Shown: one piece after another, positions 48,250-58,400 of the stretch
Position numbering within the stretch: position 1 is the stretch's first letter
Layout of the letters: every line of letters begins with the position of its first letter
DNA from: Salinimicrobium sp.
Lineage (GTDB): Archaea > Thermoplasmatota > Poseidoniia > Poseidoniales > Poseidoniaceae
Direction: 5' to 3'
DNA: 59,753 bases
Assembly: GCA_964228865.1 (NCBI GenBank)
Contig: CAXRAI010000045.1
Coordinates: 1-59,753, forward strand
Made by a program: the position numbers and the translations under genes
The notes under the pieces: model-generated
What the model was told of the DNA's origin: nothing
The model's input: the letters and a program-made list of their open reading frames with translations, nothing else
The model's database searches: none

Positions 48250-49979
48250 TCCCGCCAATCGTGACGCCCCGCAAGAGGCATCCGCCATCCCTGCCCGAAG
48301 GCGCGCACACTGACGCGGGGTGCAGGGGGCATTTGCCAGCGCTTGTGCTCGTTCCGTCCCATGCGGGCGAGCACATCAGCCACCACCGCACCGTCCTCGC
48401 CACGAGCCACGATGGCCGCATGGTCGAGTCCTTCCTCGATGTGCGCCCTGAGGATGCGATCCAACACGGGATAGGGCGGCAGGGTGTCTTCGTCCACTTG
48501 GTCGGGCGCCAGTTCAGCAGAGGGTGGTTTGGTCATCGTCGAGGCGTTGACCGGCTCATCCTTGCCTCGGGCCCGGGCCCGGGCGTTGAAGACCTCAGCC
48601 AGTGCATAGACGTCCATCTTCCACAGGTCACCAAGCGGGGCATAGCCACCGGCCATGTCGCCGTACAAGGTGCAGTAACCTTGGGCCAATTCCGACTTGT
48701 TGCCCGTGGCGATGGCCATCGCGCCCTCGGCGTTGGCATGACCCATCACCAGCAGGGCGCGCAGGCGTGCTTGCAGGTTCTCTCCGGCGACGGCGTGTCC
48801 GGTGCGGAGCACCTCGCCAAGCAGGGCTTCGGCCGGCTCGTGCATGGTGTCCAAATGCAGTTCAGAAAACCGCATGCCCAAGGCTTCGGCCGTCCACCGG
48901 GCATCGTCACGGCTGTGCTGCGAGGAATGACGCGAAGGCAGCGCGAGGCCATGGACGGCTTCGGGACCCAAGGCCTCCGCGGCAACACAGGCCGCGACGG
49001 CAGAATCGATGCCACCCGACAGGCCAAGCACGATGCGTTGGAGACCTGACTTGCGGCAATAATCCGCAAGCCCTGTGACCACCGCATCGACAAGTCCCTC
49101 TGCGCCGGTGACGACGGGAGCCGGTTCGTTTGGTTCGAGCACCACAACGTCGTGCGTACCGATGGACAAGGCATCGTGAGCGTCTGAAGGCGTCCACGTG
49201 CAGGAGGAAGGGTCCTCGAGATCGACGATCAACACGCCTTCGGCCCATGCCGGAGCAAGCACGACGGTCCCGTCGGGCCAAGCTGCAACGGAGGACCCGT
49301 CGAACACCAGATCGTCGTTCCCGCCGACTTGGTTGGCCAACAGGAAAGGCATGCCCAGGCGTGAGGCTGCCGTTCGCGCGACCGTGACACGGTCGGCGAC
49401 CTTGGTTTGGTGGAAAGGAGACGCCGAGAGGTTCACCGTGGCGGACAGGGTGGCGTCTTGGCGGACCAAGGCTGCCAATTGAGCCACCGGGTCCACGCCG
49501 TAATCCACTGGCGTCAAACCTGCGGCCTGCCACGCATCCTCACAGACGGTGATGCCGAGGTCCACGCCTCCTGCTCCACGCACCAAGCCGGGTCGGGAAC
49601 CTGGTCGAAAGTAGCGTGCCTCGTCAAACACGTCGTAGGTGGGCAAAAGCTGCTTGTGGGCGACCACCTTTCCTCGAAGTCCCTCGCCCACCGCCAACAC
49701 GCCGTTGGCGGGTGCAACCTCACGGTCGCTTCCCGGCACGGGTGTCCCGATCAGGGTGGGTATCGCCGGGTGGCAGGACGTGGCCTTCTCAAAAGCCGCC
49801 TGAACAAACTCTGGGGACATCAGAAGGTCGCGTGGAGGGTATCCTGTGATGGCCAATTCGGTGGAGACGGCGACAAGCGCTCCGCCTTTCGCGGCTTGGT
49901 CGACCAGCCCCAGCAATCGCTTCGCATTGCCCGCAAGGTCCCCAACCGTGGGGTCGGCTTGAAGCAGGGCGATGCGCAT
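48246..49979 (-). CDS. nadE: Glutamine-dependent NAD+ synthetase
   Basis: Nitrilase domain (EL..TGYPP.DL, K.LLP.YDVFDE.RYF, CED.W) plus synthetase domain (GLSGGIDS, ENLQAR, TGNKSE, YCTLYGD, PSAEL). Confidence 0.93.
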   Translation of the reverse strand: MRIALLQADPTVGDLAGNAKRLLGLVDQAAKGGALVAVSTELAITGYPPRDLLMSPEFVQAAFEKATSCHPAIPTLIGTPVPGSDREVAPANGVLAVGEGLRGKVVAHKQLLPTYDVFDEARYFRPGSRPGLVRGAGGVDLGITVCEDAWQAAGLTPVDYGVDPVAQLAALVRQDATLSATVNLSASPFHQTKVADRVTVARTAASRLGMPFLLANQVGGNDDLVFDGSSVAAWPDGTVVLAPAWAEGVLIVDLEDPSSCTWTPSDAHDALSIGTHDVVVLEPNEPAPVVTGAEGLVDAVVTGLADYCRKSGLQRIVLGLSGGIDSAVAACVAAEALGPEAVHGLALPSRHSSQHSRDDARWTAEALGMRFSELHLDTMHEPAEALLGEVLRTGHAVAGENLQARLRALLVMGHANAEGAMAIATGNKSELAQGYCTLYGDMAGGYAPLGDLWKMDVYALAEVFNARARARGKDEPVNASTMTKPPSAELAPDQVDEDTLPPYPVLDRILRAHIEEGLDHAAIVARGEDGAVVADVLARMGRNEHKRWQMPPAPRVSVRAFGQGWRMPLAGRHDWRD

Positions 49980-50028
49980 GAGGCTCAGTCCTGTCTCCTG
50001 CACCTGCCTCATAGGGCTAATGGCGGCA

Positions 50029-53000
50029 TCAGCCGTGTCGACGGTCCACGCCGTCGGCGTCACGGTACCACCACGAGCCGTCCTTGGGGTCATGGTACCA
50101 CCAGACACCGTCGGCGCCCTGGGTCCATCCGTCCGAAGCGCCTTGGGCTTGTGCCGGCTGAGCGTCGACGGCAGCACCGGCTGCAGCGTTTGCCGTTGGC
50201 GGTGCTGCGGCATCGCTTGAAGCGTCCACTTCGTCGAAGACCTCGTCGTGTTCGTCCTCGTACTCATCGTCGAAATCGTCGTCCCAATCGTAGGCGTCTC
50301 GGGAGCCTTGGCGCGACGTGGCTCGGGCGATGAACAGAAGGAAGAGGCTGATCACCAGAAGGGCCACCACGCCGACGGCGCTTCCGAGCAGGGGATTGAC
50401 GCTGCCAAAGATGCGCTCGGACAGGTCGGCTTCCTCTTGGACGCGAACGTCCACCACAGGACCGCTTGCGACGTCACCGTTTGGCAACACCACTTCGACC
50501 CACTGAGCACCCGGGGCGTCCGGCTTCCAGTCGACGGCGACCGTACCGATGGCGCCTTGTGCAATCGAGAGAGGTTGGGAGCGAAGCAGGCTTCGCGTGC
50601 CGTCGAGTTGGACGACTTCGAAGCGGACCTCCACTTCCCCGTCAAGGCTTCCAACGTTCTCCACCGCTGCTTCCACGACCGTTTGGTCGCCGGTGGTCAA
50701 ACCGAGGCTGCCGTAGGTCACCGCCGTTGGTGCAATGTCAAACTCCGGCCGGTACCATTCCATGGCCCAAGCGCCGTCAGCCCCGGATTGCCCGCGTGCG
50801 TCGAGGAGATGAACGGCCTCGTTCCCGGCGAAGTCGCGGGCTTCAAGCGCCACAGCAACCGTCAACCGCTCCTCAAGCATGTTCGGATCAATGCCCGAAA
50901 GATCGATGGTGCCCTGAACCTCCAAGCGCAGCCCGACGTTGACGGTGGACATGAGTTTCAGGGGCACACGGCCGTTCCTGAGTTGGTCGCCGGTGCTGTC
51001 ATCGATGACCCACCACGTCAACTCCAGGGTGGTGTAATCCAGCCCGCCTTCCTCTTCCACCAGCAACGTGACGTCGTACGTGGTGGGCTCAAGGGCTCGA
51101 CCGGGAAGCGGTGAAACGACCTCAACCACGGCAGGTCCGAGGCCATCCACCACCATCCAGCGAACGGCCGTGGCCTCGTCGGTCACGTCCCGTCCGCCCT
51201 CAGGCAGGCATGCCACGCCCCACGTCAACGGCAGGGTTCCACCGTAGCCTGGAGCAAACATCTCAGCGTTCCAAATGCCGTTTCGCGCGACCACCTTGGT
51301 CGAGCGCCCCGCGAGGGAAACCTCGACCTCGCAATCGAAGACCGGGGCTTCCTCCGTCGCGGCGAATTGGATGGCTCCGAACACCTCGAAGCGGCTGCCG
51401 GGCGTCAGCCGGGCACCGTCCTCGAGCATCGTGCCTTGGGACAAAGTCAGTTTGACACCTTCGGAAGGCATTTCGAGCTCGGCAGAGAAGGACCACGCGG
51501 CCTCGTCGAAGCCCGTTTGGGCCTGATTCCCAGCACGATCGACCAGCACAAGCCCAGGAACGCGGGTCAAATCACCGAGGTCCGGCGTGTTCCACGCCAG
51601 TTCGAAGGTCACCTCGAGGGTCATGTCCTTCTCGAAGGGGTGCGCATCAAGCACCGCACCACGAATGCGGCAGGTCTCCACGATGACCAGGTCGGTCATC
51701 GAGGTGCAGTTCCCTGTGTCCACGTCATACGCAACCGCCATCGGCGAAGCGGGGCGGTCGTAAGCCAGGTGGAATTCGACCGTGGCCAAGTCGCTGAGCC
51801 CGTTCTGTTCTTGCAGGTCGATGCTCACGCTGTAGGGCGTGCTTGGATGCAGCACCGTGCGAGCCTCGTCGTCGAAACGGAAGGCATCGTCTGGGATGAA
51901 CGGGGCGGTGTCCGGACCGATCTCGTAGATGAACAGGTGCTTGTTCCGCTCGGCCGACCCACCGTCCTCGAGGACGTGCCCTGCTTCGTCGCTGCCGGTC
52001 AAGTACACGGCGACGCGTTCACCGTTCAGTCCTGACCGGTCGTCGAGCAGGAGCGTGTAGGTCCCTGTGGACGCCGTGAGGTCGTTGGGCGGATACAGTT
52101 GGACTCGGGTGTGCTCGCCTTCGTTCGGCCAGCGGTCGCCGTTGTCGTCATCGCGCCACTCGAACCAAACCATGGCCTCGAGGTCGTCTGGAAGGAGGAC
52201 GTGGTCCATCACGTCAATTTCGAAGCGTTGCGTACCAGAGGGCATGCGGTGGTCGTAAGCCTCGATGTCCACGCCGAGCACACGTGGGGCCATTGGGTCG
52301 ATGGTGAAGGTGCGGTTGATCACCGAGATCGGTCCGGTACCAAGTCCAGAGGTCGACACGATCCGTACCTCCCACGTTACCGAACCAAAAGTGTAGGGCG
52401 CGACGGTGGGGAAGACGAGTTTGCTGCTTGCCGGTGCATCTTCGACGGCGACCAAATCTTGCCCGAGCCAAACCTGAACCTCCGCGTCTCCAGCAAGGAA
52501 GGGTTCGTGGTTGATGGGTGCCTGTTCCCAACCCAAGTCAACGGTCACGTTCACCGGGGTTCCGGCGATGAGATAGGTCACATCAGGCAAGATACCTCCT
52601 GCGGAGGTGGCGAAGGACACGCCGTCAAGCACCAGGTCGTCGTCCAAGCCAGCGCCGCCGTCCGTCCATCGGTAGGTGGCCGGCATCGAATACACGCCGT
52701 CACCGTCCACCATGCGCAGGTCGAGGTCTACGGCGGGTGCATCGTCCCAAAGTGATGTCAGACGGAAGACGACCTGCACCTCGGTTGACGTGCTGAAGCC
52801 GCCCACGCCGAGGCCGCTTTGCACCGTCACCGGTGCGTCTGGATGAAGCTCCACGAGGCCCGCGTTACCGGAGAGGGTCACGGGTTGGCTGCCACCGAGC
52901 GGGATGAACCAACCGTCCTGCTGGTCCACGGAGGCGACGTCGAGACGAAGCGCGACGGCGCTGGACTCGTGGAGGAAGGTCGCGTTGAACTTGCGCCAGG

Positions 53001-55344
53001 CCGACGAGGGGACCACCGGAGAGGCACCGCCGGCAACCATGGTCGCGTCATGGACGGCGATGGTGGCGACGGTCGTGGCGTCTTGAAGGGTCAGGCTCAC
53101 CCGCCCTGGGGTGTCCGCAAGCAGGTCGAGGTCAAGGGTGCCGTCGCCTGTGCTGAGACGGGCCGCATTGGCGGCGAGAAGGAGTGCATCGCTGCCGCTT
53201 GAGGTCAGGGTGACGCTCGCGGTGCTTGGAGCAGAGAGCGCCCCAAAGGTCACGTTTCCACTGGCGTTGACTTCGAACTCAATCTGCCGGTAATTGATGC
53301 CCTGCTCAGGCAAAGAGGCACCACCGATCAGGGCCTGTCGGAGGGTGTCGACCTGATCCGGGTCCAATTCGATGCGGTGTGCAGGGGCGGGATCGACCGA
53401 ATCGGTCAGGACCGGAAGGCCGTTGACGAGCATGGTCCATCCGCTCACGTTCCCGTTGGCAGAGCGGACGGTCATGCCGAAATCGAGGAGCTGCGTCGGC
53501 GCCCAAAGCTCCACACTCGCCCGTCCTGAAGGGTTCACCGTGGTGGATGTCGTCGTGCTTCCATCGATGAAGCGGTCTTGCCACCCCCATGCGCCAATGC
53601 CCTGCACGGTCGTGGCAGGGCCCCATTCATCGCGTCCGTCGAGGCCCAAATCAAGGCGGGGCGCCGTTGGGCGTTCTCCGCTCAGCGCGTCGGCTCGAAC
53701 CCAAGCCACCCACCACGTCCGAGGCACCTGCACCCAGGTGCCGTTGGTCGCGTTGCCGGTGCTGTTGCCTGTGCTGTTGCCTGTGCTGTTGCCGGTGCTG
53801 TTCCCGGTGCTGTTGCCTGTGTTGTTGCCCGTGCTGTTGCCGGTGGCGTTGACGTAGACGGAATCCACGATGCCGAGGAAGCGAAGTTGCACCGCCGCGG
53901 CGTGTTCGTCGGCGGCAAAGGTGTGCGGCAAGGAGACGTTGCTCCAGGTGGTTTGTGAAGGGAGACGCATCTGCGCGGTCACGTTCTCAGCACCGGCGCT
54001 GAGGCGCCATGCTTCTGGGGCAAGATCGCTGTGGATCCAAGGCGTGGTCAGCCACCCGCCGTCGTCGCCCTCAACGCGCATGCCTTCTGAGAAATCCGTG
54101 GGCGCTGCGATGCTTCCTGGTGCTTCCGCAATGTCGTATTCGGTCCATCCGATGGACGCGTTCATCTCCCAACCTGTGGTCTCCGGATCCGCCCAAAGGT
54201 GGTCCGCCCAACGGCCGTCGAGGTGCAACGCATGCACGGTTGGCATGGCGCCTCCAGCACCCGGGAGCATGGTCAGGTGAATGCGAATTTCGTCATGGAC
54301 GTGTGCGTCCAGCAAGCCAAGGTCGATGAGGGGGCCTGTGCGGTTCTGGTGGGTCGAGATGGGCATGGCGTTGCCGTCGAGGACCGTCCAGAGCAGTTCG
54401 GAACCGGCAGGGAGCTCGGCTTCGATGCTCACGTCCGACCAGCGTCCTTCCTCGACGTTGCTGACGCCTCCGCCCCAACCGATGGTGGGGGAGGTCCACT
54501 CCGAAACCAGCGGCGCAGCAAGACGAACGTCATCGATGAACCAGTAATCGCAGCAGGTGCTGGATCCGGAGGTTTGGTGGAAACGGATCTGGGCGTTGGC
54601 GTGGAGTGCAGCGCTTGGGAGGTTCCAGCTGAAGAAGGTCCACGTGTTGTTTGACGCCGGTGAACCGGACACGGTGTGGAGGTTGTTCCAGCTGTTGGAC
54701 GCGGTGCGGTACTGGATGCGGAGGTCCTCGTTGGAGTCCGGCTCTTCACCGCAGGACGAGGAGCCTTGACGGATCATCACGTGCAGGGGCATGGACGGAA
54801 CACCAGAGAGGTCGATGCTCGGGGAGGTGGCGTACGTCGAACCTGCGTAGGTTCGGATGGCACCTCCGCTGGAACCGTTGAGGCCACACGCTGGTGAAGT
54901 GACCCGCGAGGCGTAACTGTTCGAGAAGGACCACCCCGGCGCGCCGGTGTTGAAGTCCCAGAATTGAGCACCACCCGACCCGACCAGTGCTCCACCGGCG
55001 GTGGAGACGCCGTCGGCGATGGCGTTGGGGTTGTTCCAAGCGTCGCTGCCGGTCCAGGAAAATCCGTCTCGGGCGCCATCAACGGAAGGTTCCATGACGA
55101 CTTCAAGGGAGGTCAGCGGGTTCTGGTTGGGCAGGTCGACCCACGCCGGGTCGGTGGCAGCGTTGGGGCCGACGTCCACGTCAACGGTCGATCCAAGGGT
55201 CACTTCAGGTCCGTTACCTCGAGAGGCAGAGGACGGACTCAGCGCCTCGTCGAAAACGGGTGCAGGGACCATCGGAGAAAAACTGGCGAGGATGAACAGC
55301 AAAAGCAGGGCGCAGGGCAACCCCCTCCCGCGCGCGTCATCCAT
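50029..55344 (-). CDS. Giant cell-surface glycoprotein with a reelin-like jelly-roll module, CARDB domain and C-terminal TM anchor
   Basis: Signal peptide at MDDARG, a lectin/reelin-like domain, an NST repeat, a CARDB-like segment, TM, acidic tail and Trp-rich terminal motif. TTCAAG 30 nt upstream of the ATG. Confidence 0.8.
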   Translation of the reverse strand: MDDARGRGLPCALLLLFILASFSPMVPAPVFDEALSPSSASRGNGPEVTLGSTVDVDVGPNAATDPAWVDLPNQNPLTSLEVVMEPSVDGARDGFSWTGSDAWNNPNAIADGVSTAGGALVGSGGAQFWDFNTGAPGWSFSNSYASRVTSPACGLNGSSGGAIRTYAGSTYATSPSIDLSGVPSMPLHVMIRQGSSSCGEEPDSNEDLRIQYRTASNSWNNLHTVSGSPASNNTWTFFSWNLPSAALHANAQIRFHQTSGSSTCCDYWFIDDVRLAAPLVSEWTSPTIGWGGGVSNVEEGRWSDVSIEAELPAGSELLWTVLDGNAMPISTHQNRTGPLIDLGLLDAHVHDEIRIHLTMLPGAGGAMPTVHALHLDGRWADHLWADPETTGWEMNASIGWTEYDIAEAPGSIAAPTDFSEGMRVEGDDGGWLTTPWIHSDLAPEAWRLSAGAENVTAQMRLPSQTTWSNVSLPHTFAADEHAAAVQLRFLGIVDSVYVNATGNSTGNNTGNSTGNSTGNSTGNSTGNSTGNATNGTWVQVPRTWWVAWVRADALSGERPTAPRLDLGLDGRDEWGPATTVQGIGAWGWQDRFIDGSTTTSTTVNPSGRASVELWAPTQLLDFGMTVRSANGNVSGWTMLVNGLPVLTDSVDPAPAHRIELDPDQVDTLRQALIGGASLPEQGINYRQIEFEVNASGNVTFGALSAPSTASVTLTSSGSDALLLAANAARLSTGDGTLDLDLLADTPGRVSLTLQDATTVATIAVHDATMVAGGASPVVPSSAWRKFNATFLHESSAVALRLDVASVDQQDGWFIPLGGSQPVTLSGNAGLVELHPDAPVTVQSGLGVGGFSTSTEVQVVFRLTSLWDDAPAVDLDLRMVDGDGVYSMPATYRWTDGGAGLDDDLVLDGVSFATSAGGILPDVTYLIAGTPVNVTVDLGWEQAPINHEPFLAGDAEVQVWLGQDLVAVEDAPASSKLVFPTVAPYTFGSVTWEVRIVSTSGLGTGPISVINRTFTIDPMAPRVLGVDIEAYDHRMPSGTQRFEIDVMDHVLLPDDLEAMVWFEWRDDDNGDRWPNEGEHTRVQLYPPNDLTASTGTYTLLLDDRSGLNGERVAVYLTGSDEAGHVLEDGGSAERNKHLFIYEIGPDTAPFIPDDAFRFDDEARTVLHPSTPYSVSIDLQEQNGLSDLATVEFHLAYDRPASPMAVAYDVDTGNCTSMTDLVIVETCRIRGAVLDAHPFEKDMTLEVTFELAWNTPDLGDLTRVPGLVLVDRAGNQAQTGFDEAAWSFSAELEMPSEGVKLTLSQGTMLEDGARLTPGSRFEVFGAIQFAATEEAPVFDCEVEVSLAGRSTKVVARNGIWNAEMFAPGYGGTLPLTWGVACLPEGGRDVTDEATAVRWMVVDGLGPAVVEVVSPLPGRALEPTTYDVTLLVEEEGGLDYTTLELTWWVIDDSTGDQLRNGRVPLKLMSTVNVGLRLEVQGTIDLSGIDPNMLEERLTVAVALEARDFAGNEAVHLLDARGQSGADGAWAMEWYRPEFDIAPTAVTYGSLGLTTGDQTVVEAAVENVGSLDGEVEVRFEVVQLDGTRSLLRSQPLSIAQGAIGTVAVDWKPDAPGAQWVEVVLPNGDVASGPVVDVRVQEEADLSERIFGSVNPLLGSAVGVVALLVISLFLLFIARATSRQGSRDAYDWDDDFDDEYEDEHDEVFDEVDASSDAAAPPTANAAAGAAVDAQPAQAQGASDGWTQGADGVWWYHDPKDGSWWYRDADGVDRRHG
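53737..53850 (-). repeat. 12-bp tandem repeat encoding (NxTG)n: ten consecutive N-glycosylation sequons
   Basis: Degenerate GTGCTGTTGCC(G/T) repeats encoding NATGNSTGNNTGNSTGNSTGNSTGNSTGNSTGNATNGT. Confidence 0.9.
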
Positions 55345-55445
55345 AGGGCGAGCCTGCACCTCTCGGGACTTGAATCCTTCACCGTTGGACCGGTTTCGAA
55401 AACGAGCGGGGAGAGGTTGAAGACGAGGCCCTTGGTGCTCGGCGC

Positions 55446-58400
55446 ATGCCTCGTCCCTCGCCTGCGGGCGACCTCGATCCGGTGGCCCTCGAAGGGGACC
55501 TGCTGAAGCAGTGGGCCGAAGAGGGTGCTTTTCAGGCCTCCATCGAGGCACGGCGCGGCGGCGCGCCCTTCATTTTCCTCGAAGGACCGCCGACCGCGAA
55601 TGGAAAACCAGGCATCCACCACGTCGTGGCTCGGACCTACAAGGACATCGTCTGCCGCTGGAAAACGATGCAGGGTTTCGTCGTTGAGCGAAAGGGCGGT
55701 TGGGACACCCACGGCTTGCCGGTGGAAATCGAGGTGCAGAAGCGCCTCGACCTGATGTCCAACGAGCAAATCGAAGCCTTCGGCATGCAGGCCTTCAACG
55801 ACGCGTGCCGTGAGTCCGTGTGGACCTACGAACAGGCTTGGCGTGAAATGACGGAGCGCATGGCGTATTGGGTGGACCTCGACGACCCTTACGTGACCCT
55901 CGACAACACCTACGTGGAGTCAACGTGGTGGGCCATGAAGCGCATGTTCGACCAAGGCTTGCTCTACCGCGGGCACAAGGTGCTGCCGTACTGCCCGCAA
56001 ACCGGGACCTCCTACTCCAGCCACGAGGTCGCCCTCGGCTACAAGGAAGTCGAGGAACCATCGGTCTACGTCAAATTCCGACTCGTCGATGACGAGGCTT
56101 CCGTTCTCGCATGGACGACCACGCCGTGGACGCTTCCCGGCAACGTCGGCTTGGCCGTCGGGCCGGAGGTCACCTACGTCCGCGTTCGCGTCACAGCGGA
56201 CCCCGAGGCCTGGGAAGGCGCCGGTGGCGCCACCGTCGGTGAGGAATTGATCCTCGCAGAGGACCTCATGGGCGAGGTGTTGCGCCATCACGTCGAGGTC
56301 GTCGAGCGCATCCAAGGCGCCGACCTCGTCGGCCGCGCCTACCATCCACTCTTCCCCGAGGCCGTGCCCCGTGGCGATTCCACCACGGCCTGGACGGTGC
56401 TGTCGGCCGATTGGGTCACGACCACAGACGGTACGGGTGTGGTCCACACCGCCGTCATGTACGGTGAAGACGACTACCACCTCGGGATGGAAGCCGGCTT
56501 GCCCGCGCACCACACCGTCGGCATGGACGGCGCCTTCGTCGAAGGCGTCCATCCCGAACTCGACGGGCGTTACGTCAAGTCGTGCGACGAGGACATCATC
56601 CGGCTGCTCGCTTCCGACGGTGGACCGGGCAACAACGGCGCCGCCTCGGGCGTGCTCTACCGTGAGAAGGCCTACCTCCACGACTACCCGCACTGCTGGC
56701 GCACCGACCATCCGCTGCTCTACTACGCGATGGACAGCTGGTTCGTGCGCATGACCGCGGTCAAGGACCGCCTGCTTGCCTTCAACGATCAAGTCGAATG
56801 GGCCCCCGATTGGGTCGGCGAAGGACGCTTTGGCGAGTGGCTTCGCAACGTCAAGGACTGGGCCATTTCCCGTGAGCGCTACTGGGGTACGCCCCTGCCG
56901 GTGTGGCGCAGCGAAACCGGCGAAATGCTGTGCGTCGGCTCCATTGCCGAACTTCAGGCCGAGGTCGAGAAGGCCAACGCCGCCGGTTTCGAGAACCCGG
57001 CCTGTCCCGACGATGTGGACCTGCACCGACCCGTGGTGGACGCGTTCACCCTCGTCAGCCCGACCGGCCTGCCGATGCAGCGCGAACCCTTCGTGATGGA
57101 CTGCTGGTTCGACTCGGGCTGCGCGCCCTTTGCGCAGTGGCACCACCCCTTCGACGGTGGCGAGCGTTTCGACGCCAGTTTCCCCGTGGACTACATCTGC
57201 GAAGGCGTGGACCAAACGCGCGGCTGGTTCTACACGCTGCTCGCGGTCTCCACGACCGTCTTCGATTCGCCCGCCTACAAGCGCTGCTTGTCGCTTGGGC
57301 TCATCCTCGACGCTGAGGGCAAGAAGATGTCCAAATCCCGCGGCAACATCGTCGACCCCTGGGACCACTTCAACCGCGAAGGGGCCGACGCCACGCGCTG
57401 GTACATGGTGACCGCCGGAGCGCCGTGGAACCCGCTGAAGTTCGATTCAAACGGCGTGCGTGAGACCTACGCGAAGATGTTCCTCACCCTGTGGAACGTC
57501 TACAAATTCCACGCCGATTACGCCGCACTGGACGGCTACGATGCCGAGACCTCCGAGCCGATGGACGTCGCGGACCGACCCGCACTGGACCGATGGATCC
57601 TCTCGCGTTTGGCCACCGTGGCTCAGGCCTATCACGAGGGCTTCGTCACTTGGGATTACCACAAGGCCTGCCGTGAACTGGAGGATTTCGTCGTCAACGA
57701 CCTGTCCAACTGGTACGTCCGCCGCAGCCGCCGTCGTTTGTGGGACGGCGCCCAAACCGTCGACAAGCTCGCGTGCCAGCACACCCTCCACGAGGTGTTG
57801 ACCACCGTATGCCGCCTCGTCGCTCCTGTGGCGCCCTTCATGGTCGACGTCATCCACCGCAACCTGACCGGCGAAGCGGTGCATCAGGCCGCTTGGCCTC
57901 TGGGCGTCCCCGGCGGCCTCGAAGGCGCAACCGCCGACGCGTGGGATGCGGACGCCGAAGCCGCGACGGCCAACCTGCCTCCGCAGGATGCCTCGCTCGA
58001 AGCGACCATGGCGCTGGTGCGGGAACTGGCCGAAACCGGCCGACGCATCCGCGTGGACGCCAACCGCCGTCAACGCTTGCCGTGCCGCGAAGGCTGGATC
58101 GTGGCCGGTCCTGACCTCTCCGCCTTCCACGACCTCTTGGAAGAGGAACTGAACGTCGAGGCCATTCAGGCCGAGGCGGATTTGGACCGCTTCCAGCGCC
58201 TCGTGCTCGCGCCGAACTTCCGCGCCCTCGCACCCAAGGCGCGCCAAGCGGTGAACGACATCGCGAACGCCATCAAGAACGCCGAGGATCCAGAAGCGAT
58301 GCTCACCGAGATCAACGCCGGTTCCTGCACCATCGAGGGCGTGGCCATCACCCCAGAAGACGTCGAAGTTCGGCGCACAGAACGCGAAGGTTTCGCGGCC

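Noticed and set aside
49980-50267. Long N-terminal extensions in the ORF track (nadE; likewise 41848-42174, 55345-55551, 12646-12861, 18703-18786)
   Set aside because: They overlap neighbouring genes or promoters. Downstream ATGs match the family N-termini or TATA spacing.
53737-53850. Possible CRISPR array or non-coding repeat
   Set aside because: 12-bp contiguous units with no spacers, in frame within a CDS.
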